Assembly: GCA_964016885.1 (NCBI GenBank)
Contig: OZ024743.1
Coordinates: forward strand, 91,760,001 to 91,824,000
DNA length: 64,000 nucleotides
DNA from: Eledone cirrhosa
Taxonomy: Eukaryota
Direction of reading: 5' to 3'
Made by a program: the position numbers and the translations under genes. Each line of letters begins with the position of its first letter. The stretch's first letter is position 1. The notes below the pieces were generated by a model. That model did no database searches. It had not been told where the DNA came from and saw only the letters and a program-made list of their open reading frames with translations. This document shows positions 14,929 through 30,474 of this stretch, one piece after another.

Positions 14929-15079
14929 CCTCATTACACAATGCTTCAAGTGAACTATAACTTCCTCCTTTCCATATATATATATATATATATATACAAC
15001 TACCTTAACTCTGGAATACAACCCAACACAAAACGAACCTCATCGAGTGCTTGGAACTCTGTTACACACTTATCTAACA

Positions 15080-15129
<50 letters not shown>

Positions 15130-15181
15130 CGTGTGTGTGTGTGTGTTTGTGTGTATGTGTGTGTGTTTGTGTGTATGTGTG

Positions 15182-15235
<54 letters not shown>

Positions 15236-15296
15236 TGTGTGTGTTTGTGTGTGTGTATGTGTGTGGAAAGATAGATAGATAGATTCTGAGCATTAT

Positions 15297-15351
<55 letters not shown>

Positions 15352-15810
15352 CGGACTAGGTCTAGAAATATTGGTTGCCATGAAGAGACATAGAGGCCCA
15401 CCCACAGTTACAATACTATCATTTAATTTTTATATAGAATAAATATAAAAAATGTTAAATCCTCTCTATATCTGTGTATACAATTGACCGTAAAGTAAAA
15501 ATACGGATGTTAGAATATACAAGCAGAATTGCCCGGCGTTGCTCGGGATTTGCTCTAGTGTTCTTATATATTTGATATATATTTATCCTTATCGAGCCTC
15601 GTGAAATAAATACGTTTGTTTATATTTTGTTATTGTGTATGCAAAAAATCTGTACACGAATATATAATTATATATATATATATTTCTATCTTTACACACG
15701 GCACTGGACAGAATTGCTTCCACATCATTCATTCTCATCTCGGGAACAATTTTGAATAGCGCCAGTTTGTAATTTGAACTCAGGAATTTTATATTCTCCG
15801 AGTGAAAAGA

Positions 15811-15897
15811 ACCTTCTGACGAGAGTTTATCTTTTCAATGGAAGGCCGCAAGGACTGTCCATTTATTTTTGAGACTCGAAACCGATTCGGTAAAGGT
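15811..15897 (+). ncRNA. Type I hammerhead ribozyme motif, intact core, 43-nt loop 2
   Basis: acctt CTGACGA gagttt...agactc GAAA ccga-t-tcgg TA aaggt; predicted cut after 15892. Confidence 0.85.
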
Positions 15898-15966
15898 AAC
15901 CATAGTGAGTACAGTGAATTTTTTGAAATTTATTTTGAAACTTTTTCTTATTTGCTAAACCATGAT

Positions 15967-16638
<672 letters not shown>

Positions 16639-16708
16639 CGGTTTCAACACACGTTTTCAGATAAAGAATCTTGCTAAACAAATTCAGAAACGATATATAT
16701 ATATATAT

Positions 16709-16858
16709 ACAAAAATAACAGATTAAAGTTTAAGCAAAGAATCGGTGCTTTCACCCTTAACTGTGAACGAAGAAGTAAATATTTCGAAAAACGTTGCAGC
16801 CGAAGGCAAACAGGAAGGCGATACTTTGGTTCGTGAAGACGTTCCCTGGCATAAGAAT
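16709..16858. repeat. TA-anchored repeat family Y
   Basis: AAAATAACAGATTAAAGT..AAGCAAAG terminus recurs at 31533 and 45838. Confidence 0.7.
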
Positions 16859-17461
16859 ATATATATATATACACACACTATATATATATACATATATACA
16901 CAGGACATGGCAGCGATAATGAGGGACAGAGACCGCTGGAGAGAACTCGTCCATGGATCTCGGGAATTTTACCCGCCTTAGATAGATAGATATACACAGA
17001 CACACTGATCGCGTCATAATGACGTAATGCAGACAGCCAGATATACAGATAGATATTATAAAGGCACGACGTTATATCTATGTATCTATCTAAAAAGAGA
17101 AAGACTAAGAGAGAGAGAGATCGCTAAATCGCCTAATGCGGTCCCTAGGGCATTGAAAATTTTCTCAAAACACTCACAGCCCCATAAGTATTACATGTGT
17201 AAAGTTTGAAAACAATCGGTTGGGTGGTTCTCAGACATACATTCTCTGTTTTAGATATATAGATTAAGAATTTCTTGCCTTCTCCAATAAAAAAAGATCT
17301 TGTGAAATATACACATACATACAATAGCAGAAGTGAGGTTCGATCTTTCACACTCGATATATGAACTCTGGAGAGAACTCCAAGATGGGAAGAACTCCTC
17401 AGTACACCACCAACATGCCAAAATGGAAGATACTAGAGAACAAAGAAATACCCCCCCCCCC

Positions 17462-17492
<31 letters not shown>

Positions 17493-17544
17493 GTGTGTGT
17501 GAAAAAATTGTGAGAAAAACCACAGACCCTCCATCTCAACTCTA

Positions 17545-17580
17545 CTTTTGAAAAGCAGAAGAACTGCGAAACCGGTAAAG
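17545..17580 (+). ncRNA. Minimal hammerhead motif with U3:A8 core
   Basis: ctt TTGAAAA gcag-aagaa-ctgc GAAA ccgg TA aag; followed by AATAAA and (TA)n. Confidence 0.65.
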
Positions 17581-17650
17581 GAACCAAATAAATATATATA
17601 TTTTTTTAAAAATAAGACTCCAGTTCCATTTTCGATTTCATCTTATTTTC

Positions 17651-17708
<58 letters not shown>

Positions 17709-17796
17709 AACTATAATAAAGGAAGGTCTGCGGGACTACGTACGGTTTATTTTTTTTCATCCCGTTTGTAAAATAAGTTGGATTACTTTGAATAAA

Positions 17797-17915
17797 TAAT
17801 TGTTTCTACTTTTTGGCACAAGGCCAGCAATTAATCAGTGTATTACTGGTACTATATTTTATCGACCCCGTAAGGATGAAAGGCAAAATTAACCTCGGCG
17901 GGATTTGAACTCAAT
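17797..17915 (-). mobile_element. Family 1 SINE, 3' half
   Basis: Reverse complement of core and tail. Confidence 0.8.
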
Positions 17916-18362
17916 AATGAATGAATAAATAATGAATGAATAAATAATGAATGAATAAATAATGAATGAATATTACATAATTTATCTACTAAATTTCGTG
18001 GCTGTTCATTAAATATATTTTATTATTTATTTAAAGATTCACTTCTTTAAAATTTTCAAATGTCAACACTTCCGGTGGCGTTCGCTTAAATAAACATATT
18101 AATTTTCTCCTAATGCAGTTTATATATAACATCATCTTTTTTAATGTATCATGGATTACGTTACTGATTAAATAAGACAGTGACACAGTCTTCGTTCAAT
18201 TTCTATGTATATTGTCAATTACGATGTTATTTGATCATATCTACATGTATATATACTTGCGTATACTATCAATATACACACTACACATACTAGCAGAAAA
18301 CCACCTGAGTGTTCCCATCAAGCATTTCTACATACCACACACACACACACACACACATATGC

Positions 18363-18405
<43 letters not shown>

Positions 18406-18407
18406 TA

Positions 18408-18485
<78 letters not shown>

Positions 18486-18536
18486 ATATTATACATGTAT
18501 GTATTTATGCATGTATATATATATGTATGTATGTAT

Positions 18537-19144
18537 GTCAGGTCACCAGTTGGTGCTACTGGTAACATGTATCCCAGTACAACCTGTCTCATGGTCGGGT
18601 CGTTAGCGACTAAACTGGCAACCCCACCAAGGTTTCTTGGTGAGGAGCGTGACTTTGGACATCCTGCAGGACTAAAAACAAAACCTGTCAAAGAGCAAAG
18701 GAGCTCTTAAGAGTCAATGGCCATCCAAAATCACCGGGAGAGATGACCCCTTAGCCTTTGTCAAGGCAGAATTCTAGGAATAGGAAAACTCTGACATAAT
18801 ACCTGCAACCCTGATGGTATCCAATGATGTTGACTTGTTCTTCTTTTTGGTAAATATCATCTTGGTTAAGAGAGTGGGACTGGCTTTGTGCAGTGCCTTT
18901 GCTCACTATAAAAGCTTCACGGCACAGGCATTCCTTTATATCTGGAGATCTCTCTGCACTTGTCGTCACATGGTACCATGGGCCCAGTACTATGTGTCAA
19001 TAATTGTCACAAGTGTAGTGTTTGTACCAGAGTTTTCAAGTCGCTGGTTGGCCTAAAAAGTCACACTCGTTCAGCGCATCGGTAGGGGTTCCCCTACATG
19101 GATATAAAGTAGTGGCCGTACTCGAAAACGAGTTGGCAGCCACC
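18537..19144 (+). mobile_element. Non-autonomous RTE-derived element of about 610 bp in (ATGT)n
   Basis: 3' part encodes an RTE-type terminal C2H2 finger [23 protein letters not shown]-stop; ACTCG-aaaa-CGAGT hairpin; ATGT repeats on both sides; no RT or EN. Confidence 0.75.
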
Positions 19145-20110
19145 ATGTATGTATGTATATATTTATGTACGTATGTATGTATGTATGTAACTATGTGTGA
19201 CCCGTCTTTCTCGTGGTAAACTTTGAAAGTAAACCTACTTCGCTAAGTAGCTCAAATAAGATTGGAATATGGCCGTTGATTTCACATCGTCTTAAATGGG
19301 CGTTGATTTGATTTCACATCGTCTTAAATTGTTCCAAAAGTTTTGGATCAACCAAAGCTATAGAAGTTATCTTCCTTCTTGCTTTCCATCACTCAACACT
19401 AAAGGTGTCTCAGTCTTGAAATTGGGATCATAGTTTCGATTGATTGAAGGTTGTTTTTGTTTGTTTTGTTTTGTTTTGTTTTGTCTGTTTTTGTTTGTTT
19501 GTTTGTTTTTCTATTGTTTTTTTTGTGATGGTGGTGGTGGTTGGGGGGGGGGGTCGCCATATTCAGACAGCGAGATAGTATTAGCATGTATACATTTCAG
19601 CCCACCTCCACTATTACAACCTACAGCAACAACAACACCTACCAGCACCGGCATCACTACTGAACCACGACTGTGACAAGACCGCCACCCTACCACCAGC
19701 ACCACTGCCACAACCACTGCTACCACCACAAGCACCAGCACCACCACTACCACTATCACAACTACACCCCCCACCACCACCCCCGCCACCACCACCACTA
19801 TTCTATAATTATTTCCCCTGACATGTTTATTTGACTTTTCCCCTCTACAGTAATTAATTGTCTAAAACAGAGATAACCTTTACTGTCTACTGTGTATGTA
19901 TGTACGTGTGTATGTGTGTATGTACGTATGTGTATGTGTATGTGTGTATGTACGTGTGTATGTGTGTATGTGTGTGTGTGTATGTGTGTATGTACGTGTG
20001 TAGGTGTGTATGTGTTTGTGTATGTATGAATGTATGTGTGTATGTATATGTATGTATATGTATGTATGTGTATGTATGTGTATGTATGTATGTATGTGTG
20101 TATGTATGTG

Positions 20111-20194
<84 letters not shown>

Positions 20195-20342
20195 TTATGA
20201 AACGAAAGGAGCTGTGTGGTTACTAAAACAAGGTTTAAGATGGTGGTTAGGACGTGTAAGTGTAAGTAAGTATGCTTATCTCCTCATATTTTCCGCCATT
20301 TCTCCTCATTCATTTTTCTTAAATCCTTACTATTGCTAATTT

Positions 20343-20395
20343 TTGTTGTTGCGATTTTTGTTGTTATTGTTGCTGTTGTTGTTGTTGTTGTTGTT

Positions 20396-20426
<31 letters not shown>

Positions 20427-20781
20427 CTGTTGTTGCTGTTATTGTTGTTATTGTTGCTGTTGTTGTTATTGTTGCTGTTGTTGCTGTTGTTGCTGTTGTT
20501 GTTGTTATTGTTGTTATTGTTGCTGTTGTTGTTATTGTTGCTGTTGTTGCTGTTGTTGTTGTTATTGTTGTTATTGTTGCTGTTGTTGTTATTGTTGCTG
20601 TTGTTGCTGTTGTTGTTGTTGTTGTTATTGTTGTTATTGTTGCTGTTGTTCTTGTTGTTGTTGTCTCTGCTGTTGCTGTTGTTGCTGTTGCTGCTGTTGT
20701 TGTTGTTGTTGTTGTTGTTGCTGTTGTTGCTGTTGTCGCTGTTGTTGCTGTTGTTGCTGTTGTTGTTGTTGTTGTTGTTGC

Positions 20782-20822
<41 letters not shown>

Positions 20823-20835
20823 CTGCTGTTGCTGT
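20343..20835. repeat. (TTG)n/(CTG) degenerate trinucleotide array
   Basis: Direct inspection. Confidence 0.95.
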
Positions 20836-21188
20836 ATTACTTCCTCTTCCTACCCCTTGTTATATCTCTTGTTCATGTTCTTCATATTGCTATGTTGTCT
20901 ACATAGTGTCTTTGTTGGTGTTGTTAGTGTTAATGTTAGTAGATGTGGTAGTGGTGGTGGTGGTTATGCTGGTGGTTGTGGTGGTAGTAGTGATGGTTGT
21001 GCTGGTGGTAGAGATGGCGGTAGTGGTGGTATGTTGGTGGTGGTGTCTCTGTGTTAGTGTTAACAGTGGTGTCAGTGCTGTTGCCAGCGAATGAGCCACA
21101 ATTTAACATCAATTTATATTGCTTCCATAAATTTCACATCTAACCTCAGTCTAAAGGTGTGGATACACACATAGTCGCACGTATATGC

Positions 21189-21222
<34 letters not shown>

Positions 21223-21263
21223 GTGAATCTACAGTAAGCTCACGTTACACTCCCTAGATATGT

Positions 21264-21347
<84 letters not shown>

Positions 21348-21353
21348 CGTTTC

Positions 21354-21400
<47 letters not shown>

Positions 21401-21468
21401 CTTACTAAACCACTTTCTCATAAACTTAGGCGCACGTACATACTCATTCACTTCATATACATTATATG

Positions 21469-21499
<31 letters not shown>

Positions 21500-21789
21500 T
21501 ATACATATATATATACACGCACAAACTATATATATACAAAGTATATATATGTATATTATGTATATATAATATATGTATATAAATGTGTGAACGTGTGTAT
21601 AAACTGCATTTTTCTCGAGTTACTATCATCATTTATCTTATAAATACAATTTAATTTAAGCCCTTGAAGTCTAATTTTCTGCTGACGGTTGAGAAAATAT
21701 AATAAATCTTCTTCAACGGATTAATGTGTTGGATCTAGTCACCCACATAGTATATTATAAACCTCTACACCACAGTTATCACCTCTAAC

Positions 21790-21953
21790 ATGACAACAAC
21801 ACCAACAACAACAATACCACCACCACCACCACCATCATCACCCCTACCACCAACACCAACGACATCAACAACAGCAGCAACAACAACAACAAGACTACCA
21901 TCACCACCACTACCACCAACACCATCAACATCAACATCATCAACATCATCATC

Positions 21954-22002
<49 letters not shown>

Positions 22003-22426
22003 GCAACAACAACAACAACAACAACAACAACACAAACTCTACCACCAACAACAACAACACCAACTGCAACACCACCAACACCACCATCACTCATCATCAC
22101 TACCACCACCACCACCACCAACACCAACAACAACAACACTATCATCACTACCAACACCACCAACACCACCATCACTCATCATCACTACCACCACCACCAC
22201 CACCACCACCACCACCACCACCACCACCACCACCAACAACAACAACACAAACTCTACCACCAACAACAACAACACCAACTGCAACACCACCAACACCACC
22301 AACACCATCATCACCACCACCACCACATCATCAACAACAACAACACAAACTCTACCACCAACAACAACAACACCAACTGCAACACCACCAACACCACCAT
22401 CACTCATCATCACTACCAACACCACC

Positions 22427-22458
<32 letters not shown>

Positions 22459-22681
22459 CACAAACTCTACCACCAACAACAACAACACCAACTGCAACAC
22501 CACCAACACCATCATCACTACCAAGACCACCACCAACACCATCATCACTACCACCAACACCACCACCACCACCACCACCACCACCAACAACAACAACACC
22601 AACTACAACACCACCAACACCATCATCACTACCAAGACCACCAACACCACCAACACCATCATCACTACCACCAACACCACC

Positions 22682-22712
<31 letters not shown>

Positions 22713-22835
22713 CAAACTCTACCACCAACAACAACAACACCAACTGCAACACCACCAACACCACCAACATCATCATTACCACCACCACCACCACATCATC
22801 AACAACTGCAACACCTCCACCAACAACAACAATAA
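21790..22835. repeat. CAC/CAA compound array with higher-order duplications
   Basis: Recurrent CACAAACTCTACCACC..CAACTGCAACACC blocks. Confidence 0.9.
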
Positions 22836-22837
22836 TA

Positions 22838-24230
22838 ATTTTTTTTCTACTTTTTGGCACAAGGCCAGCAATTACCAGTACATTACTGGTACTTTATTTT
22901 ATCGACCACGTAAGGATGAAAGGCAAAGTTAACCTCGGCTGGATTTGAACTCAGAACGTAAAGGGCCATAATTCCATGCTGAAAAACAAGGTGGCTGACG
23001 CTCTATCGATATTGCCAATCCACCGCCAACAACAATGATAACAACAACCACAACAACAACTGCGACATCACCACCACCATCATCACCCCTACCACCAACA
23101 CTAACGACGACACCAACAACAATAACAACAATAACACCACCAACACTACCTAAATCAGAAACCATTATTTCTAGAGGGTCGGACGCCATGCTTTCCAGCA
23201 TAGTTACGTCCCTTTACGATCTGAGTTCAAATCCCGCCGAGGTTGACTTTGCCTTTCATCCTTACGGGGTCGATAAAATAAAGTACCAGTAATGCCAGTG
23301 CATTACTGGTACTTTATTTTACTGGTAATTGCTGGCCTTGTGCCTAAAGTAGAAACAATTATTTCTCCTAGGGTAGGGGTTGACAGGATTGTTAGAGTGT
23401 TGGACAAATGCTTAGCAGCATTTGTTATGGCTCTTTACGTTCTGGGTTCAAATCTTGCCGAGGTCAACTCAGCGTTTCATCTGTCCGTGGTCGATAAAAT
23501 ATAGTACCACCAAATACTGAGGGCAATATAATCGACTTTCCCCTTAACCCGGAATTGTTGGACTTGTGACAATGATAGAAAGGATTATTTCTTTTCGCCA
23601 TGAGGGTGGTGAATTGGCAGGGAGAGTGTTAGACAAATAATTTTACAGTGTTTGTACTGCTGCTTTACGTTCTGAGTTCAATTCCTGTCGAGGTCAACTT
23701 TGACTTTCATGCTTTGGAGATTGATAAAGTACCAGTCCAGTGCAGGGGTCAATTTAACAGACTTTTCAACTCCCCAAATTGCTGACGCTGAGCCTATGTT
23801 AATAACTAATATTTCTCATAGCCGCTGGTGTAGCTATAATTAATTATAATCCCTTGTTTCATTACAATAAATATGTTAACACCGACTTTTCTAATTTTCT
23901 TTCAGGAAAGGCGAGTCCATGGGAATTTTTATATCATTTTTCTACAAAAGCAGTGTCTCCCACTCATAATTGGATTACACAATAAACAAAATAAACATAC
24001 TAAAGGAAAAAGGGGCAACATTTTATTCACATTATATTTATTTGGATTGGCAGTATCGGTAGAGGGTCGGACGCCATGCTTTGCAGCAAAGAGTTACGGC
24101 CCTTTATGATCTGAGTTCAAATCCCGCCGAGGTTAACTTTGCCTTTCATCCTTATAGGGTCGATAAAATAAAGTACCAGTAATACACTGGGATAATTGCT
24201 GTTCTTGTGCCAAAAGTAGAAACAATTATA
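22838..24230. mobile_element. Cluster of family 1 SINEs (22838-23025 minus; about 23170, 23370, 23600 and 24040 plus)
   Basis: Repeated B-box and core. Confidence 0.8.
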
Positions 24231-25311
24231 TTTATTTGTCATTCATTTTTTAATTTTTTTATTTATTTATTTATTTTTTATTTATTTTATTTGCAGGCAC
24301 TATATATATATATATATGGAGTGGAATGCATCCTAATTGTTTAAGTGTTTAGGGCCTGTCCCTAGCCTGGGGTCCGTGTGTTAAGTTCAACATGTCAAGT
24401 ACTTTGTTATAAACATAATATAACATGCTATTGAGTATCCATTTCTCATCATATAACAATCTGAAAGAAAGGGTTTTTGTAGCAGGGGGTCTGTTAGAAA
24501 ATTCATTTAAATAAAAAGGGTCCTTAGTCGGGAAAGGGTTGGGAACCACTATATCAAAGCCATAACTACGATCTGATTTATACAGATATGACCTTTTAAT
24601 CAACAACATTCTATCTACAATTTCATGAAGCAATTTAGTTTGATAGATTTGTTACTGAAATTGAAATAAATGTACAGTACAAGTAAGTTCAAAGGTTAAA
24701 TGGCTTTCATATTAGGTTAACACATACACTCTCATTACTCATGATCTGTCATTTGCTGCATTTCAGCAGCCGTGGAGGTGAGCAGGTCAAGTCATTTAAG
24801 TCTTAACATTCCTCATCCTCCAATCTATGCCAGTCTCGAAGCCTTTAGGATTGATGTATCATTCGTTAGCTCGTCGTTAGTTTCTTTCGTTAGCTTTCGT
24901 ACGGTCTGTGGGCGTGGGTTATGTTAGAAGTCTGGGCTTTACTTTTAATTCTCCACAGCCACCACCTCGTACTGTGGCCACCCGCTGAACTTCCTTAGAG
25001 CCTGATGTACCACGGGGCTGCCTCTATGTGGCCCTTCTTATTTACATAGGACATAAAACCATGTTTCTACCAGGTATAATGTCTTTCTCATTGGCACCAA
25101 TGGAATATACAACAGCACTTGATATTATTCAGATTTTAATATGTCAATATGTACAAATGGAACCAAAAGTCCAGCCTTTCTATCAAAAAGTAAAACTCAG
25201 ACCACTACTAGCTGCAACCACCTCGCCGAAGTAATGTACGAACTAATGCTTCCGTCTGCCCGTTCAACTAGTCAAGAGAGAGAAAGTATCAGATTGGCGA
25301 AGAAACGAAGG

Positions 25312-25343
<32 letters not shown>

Positions 25344-25348
25344 AGGAG

Positions 25349-25412
<64 letters not shown>

Positions 25413-25621
25413 AAATACGGTAAAACCGTCTTTATACTCGACTTAAGATCAGTATCAGCAGCAACTGGAGGATAACTCTGCGATGGACTGGCGTCCTGTC
25501 CAGGGTGGGTTGGGGAGTCTTGTATACACATTCAGTCACTTAATACCAATGATAAGCCCCGGCCTTTGAAGCCTCCGGGTTGGTAACAATCTTTTAATAT
25601 TTCTAACTTATCCGTATAGAC

Positions 25622-26600
25622 CAGGGTTTCTCAACCTGGGCGATATCGCCCACCGCTGGGCGATTCAACTATCGGGTGGGCGATGAACGAATTTTTAGGA
25701 AATGGTGGGCGATCTAAAATTTTGGTGGGCGACAAAGGATTTTAGGTAATTAAGTATGTTATTGGTGATATAATGGCCGGTATGCTGTAACCACAGAGCT
25801 CGGGTTCGCTCTTCCCTAGTCTAGACTAAGGAAGTAGTATCCAGCTGTATGACTGTAATTCATCTGTTTTCAACTGATTCATGTCCAGCAGTTTACGGCT
25901 GCCAAACAGCTCACATGGACAGCTCGCATTGGACGCACACACATCCGTGTTCATCGGTAAGCTAAAACAGGTGATGACGCAAGACCAACGGCAAAACGTG
26001 TTAACACTGCTGTAGTCGCGCATCGTGAATTTCTGCCTTCGCCGATTCCGCCTCTATGAATTCTTTTTCCAAATTTTAACTTCCCTGATGCCTCCGGTAA
26101 AGAAAACTTCTCGCCAGTACAGCATTGATTATTTATCATATGGATTTATTGCTTCTCCTCAGAACTATCAATTACCCATGTGTCTTCTATGCCAGCAAAC
26201 TTTGAGCAATGAAACCATGAAACTTGAAATATCATTTTGATTCCAAGCATTTTGACAAAAAAGACAAACCGTTGTCATATTTTTGGCAACTTAAGGCCTC
26301 TTTCGAAAAGCGGAAAACACTGAACACAATGTTTAGGGAAGCAACTGTACAGGAAAATGACGGTATGATTGCGTTGTACTATATTGCATTACTGGTCGCA
26401 AAGACCGGGAAGTCCCACACTATAGGAGAAACATTGCTCCGACCTGTCATTGAAGAAGTTCTATAATGCATTCATTTTTTAAGCAACCGTTCTGAATAAT
26501 GCTTTCTTTTTGCGTCCTTAAAATTACTGCACAAGTGGGCGATGGGAATTTTTGTGTGTGGAAAAGTGGGCGATAACGACAAAAAGGTTGGGAACCCCTG
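25622..26600 (+). mobile_element. hAT (Buster/Charlie-type) deletion derivative
   Basis: TIRs CAGGGTTTCTCAACCT / AGGTTGGGAACCCCTG; 8-bp TSD gtatagac/atatagac; subterminal TGGGCGA repeats; BED-finger transposase relic RQYSIDYLSYGF..PMCLLC..KSHTIGETL. Confidence 0.9.
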
Positions 26601-28248
26601 ATATAGACAATTGTTTTCCCCACAATTAAGACGCCAATAAGTAGATTTACGTACTCGCTTTATCGAGGATTGTGAAAACTATCACTAATCAATACTTGAT
26701 TTGTTATTGTTGTTACTTTAAATTATGCAAATGTTCATGCTTATATCCTGTATCATATCCTTTATTATATATCCTGTATCTCTTTTTCCATTGGTTGAAT
26801 AAGCAACTATACAAAACATGCACAAATGGAGGAGAGTGTGTACTAATTAATAAAACATACGTTACCAGTGATATGATATCGTATTATGAAATCTTTCCAA
26901 ACAAACACCTGAGATAGAAAGATTTGTTTTTCCTGATAATAACAAGATGAAAAGAGCTGAAATACTCGTGTAATATAATTAGTCTTCACTACAAATATTT
27001 GAAGTGACGTTTTCGTTTTTGGACATTTCACAAACGACCAATGAAAACGAGATTGGTAGAAAAAATCGACCAATAATAAAGGTATCTGTTGTATAATCTC
27101 CAACATCACAACCGGAAATATTCTTTTTATTTTATGTTATGTTGTTTTTTATTTATGTTTCGTTTTCCTTTTTACTGTACGAAATGGAAATTATAGATGT
27201 TGGTAATGATTCATACCTTCAGACGCGTTATTGACTTTTTTATTTTATTTTATTTTTTAGTATTCTGGTGAATTTTCCCCTTTGATAAAGAGGTAAAGAT
27301 ATTGGTTGTAATCAATACATTTTGGTGACGTTTTCTTTCCATATAAACCCGTGACTCTTTGAAAACTAGCTGAGCGCTTTGGAAACAGAACACTATTCGT
27401 CACGGTTTATTTATCACCCCCTATATGTATATAGATCAAAGTACTGAAATAACGGTTGGTCTCGAGATAAATAGTTTTTAAAAGAAATTCTCTCTTTATG
27501 TTTCTCTTGGGCTTCCTGCATTCACTAATGGATTTCTGTCCAGTTAAATAACCACTTGTTTGGTACAAAATACTATCAACACCTATTTATTGAAAGTTAT
27601 TGGTTGGGCCTCCGTCAGTTTCGACGACGAGTGTTCCAGTTGTTCGATCAACGGAGAGACAGCCGGCAATTGAAATTAACGTGCCAGTAGCTGTGCATCT
27701 GATAGACACGTGTACTCTTAATGTGATTCTTGTGGGGAGGGGATTCAGCGCGACGAAGTGTATGAGAAGGCTAGCCGTTTGAGTTGCAGGTACTGTCCAT
27801 CGGAGGGGGTTTTAAACAGTCCTCCTCTACCCAGGTTCACACACGAGGCGTGGTTCAAACCGATGGTGTGGTAAATCACACTTGCATCTATCCACTTAAC
27901 CCTTGTGCCTCTGTGATGGATATAAAATGGAATCAAGAATACGAGCAACAGGTTTGAACCATTGGTTATGTCAAATATTTATAAAACATTTTGTATTTTA
28001 TCTGATGATAGCGTACCAAAATTTTGGTACCCTTGAAATATAATAGAATAAATATTATTTTATAAATATAGTTTCCATTTATTTAATATCATTGTATATT
28101 ATACTCCAGAAAATCTATTGAGTGCTCTAATTCAGTTATAAACATTTATATTTGTTGAATTACCAACAAATTGAATATCCCTTCTGCTTATATATGTATA
28201 TATGTATGTATATATAGGTATACACGCACATACATATACATCTATATT

Positions 28249-28323
<75 letters not shown>

Positions 28324-29383
28324 GTGCTTGCGTGAGTGTGTGTGTGTGTACATGCATATTTACATTAAGAAGACTACGTTTCAAATGTTTCAACTACATC
28401 CATAGTTTTGTTGTTTCTTTTTGAGTCAACCAGATATTCCCAAATAATAGGATGTGGATGGAATAAGCGAGATGGGGGGAATAAGTGGGGGAGTTAGAAT
28501 AAGCGGGAGTGGGTGGGGTGAGAATCAATAATTTGTCCAGGTTGTCTCCATTCATGTTTTAAACAACCCAGAATTAGTCGTTTAGTTTACATATTGAGAC
28601 CCCAACCTATCCTATTTTATAACCTATGAGATTTCAAGTAATGTTCTTTTTTTTTATTTTGGTTATGTATAATTTATTGTTTATGTCTAAAGAAAATGAA
28701 TTGTCGCAGGAATACAACCACTTAAAATAAAATATCGCCGGAGGTAGATTAACACAATTTAATAGCGGGTGGTGGGGCTGTGGGAGTGAAAAATTATTAA
28801 GCAGGAGGGGTGGCGATTATTCGAAAAACGAGAGTAACTGAGTATAGCAAGGCTGAATTTCTGAATTACAGGTGCAACGCATTTTCACCAGCTGAGTGGA
28901 CTGGAACAACATGAAATAAAGTGCATTGCTGAAGGACACAAAGCGCCTATGGGAATCAAGCCTTCGACAAACTGAAAAATTAATAAGTAGGGGAGGGACG
29001 ATTATTAGAGACCCGAGAGAAGCTAATTACAAGTATTAGAAATTGATTATTAGCAAATTAGGACTGGGGGTAATTTTCAACAGGTTGTCTGAATGATAGG
29101 CAAAAGTTCTCGTCTTGTCAATATAGAGGCGAAGGCAGGCTGTCCGTGCATCAGTGTTCGACAGTATCTGACAAGAACAGGCTGATAAGGTAGTTTGGCG
29201 AGAGGATGCTAAAAATAGCAATACATCGCTCGGTCAATCGAAGGAACTCAACCGATCAAATCATGGTTTGGGGAATGAAATATAACGGGGATTTAGATCG
29301 ATACAATGCTAAAGACATAGATGCCATTGCAATAATTTCCTCCTTGCTTCATGGAGCATAATATATATAATATATACTTCTAC

Positions 29384-29434
<51 letters not shown>

Positions 29435-29532
29435 TGAAGTTCCCGTTGAAAATTGAAAAAGTCATAGGAATGAATAGTGCTCTATGTAAGTACCAGAGCA
29501 AAATTTAATGTATAATAAACAATACAATATAA

Positions 29533-29606
29533 TTACCTCATTACCAGAGGTTTCCCGAATAAGACGAATACAAAAAACGTCCTCATTTGTTCGTCGGACA
29601 AGGCAA
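29533..29606 (-). ncRNA. pLTR hammerhead motif (U4C variant); mirror copy at 31427-31500 plus
   Basis: ttgccttgt CCGACGA [stem II] GAAA cc-tct-gg TA atgaggtaa; 9-bp stem I with wobbles. Confidence 0.7.
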
Positions 29607-30474
29607 TTTAAAACATAATGAAATATTTGAAAAGTCTCCTCAAGAAATGCAAGAGTTTAACGGGCAAAAAATATATAAATAAAAGTAATGCAAGAGATAT
29701 ATAAAAAAATAAGGAAATATAGTTAGGGTATGTGTATATGTATGTATATACACTCACAAATGTACATATGTGTGTATGTACAAATGCATGTGTATGGTGA
29801 AAATGTGTGCGTAAGTACATATATGAGGGCAAGTATATTTGTGTATATGTGACCACAAATACGTATATAATATGAGTTGAAAAATAAATTGTATGATAAT
29901 ATAATTAATACGCATCCAGATACAGGTATTAAATACACATACGAGTATGAAAGCACGCGTATAAACACACACACGCGCGCGGTCACTTATATGCGGAAGA
30001 TAAAGAGGGAAGGGAGTGTAATAGTAAAAAGAAGTGTCATTCTCGATATATGTATAAAAATGAAACAATATATGAAACAATATATGAGGCGTTCGTATAC
30101 ATATACAGAACGTATACGCACATAAGCACACTCACACATAGATACAGATTATAAGCCAGCCGTATGAGTAAATGATTACAAATATAAAATCGGCTGCGAA
30201 ACAACATGATATATCTGGAGTGGATAACGCAAGTGACAAGCGCTATCAGGTAGTGAAAGAAAATGGGGAAGTAAAATGTGGAATGTGAAGATATTAGGTA
30301 AGTGAATCGAAAAGTATGGGGGGGGGGGGTTTACTGGTGGATGTGAAGTAAAAATAAAAATAAAATTAAAAATAAAGTTAAAAATGAAAGTAAATCAGAA
30401 AGAGAAGTCTGTAAAGAGGATAATTTAAGGAAAGTGAAGAATAAGAGTTTATGGAGGATAAGTATCTGAAAGTG

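Noticed and set aside
17280-17450. Possible GIY-YIG relic upstream of the 17545 hammerhead
   Set aside because: Only faint motif resemblance across frameshifts; needs BLASTX
21790-22932. 380-aa Thr/His/Gln-rich ORF
   Set aside because: Product of a CAC/CAA array that runs into a SINE; no evidence of a gene
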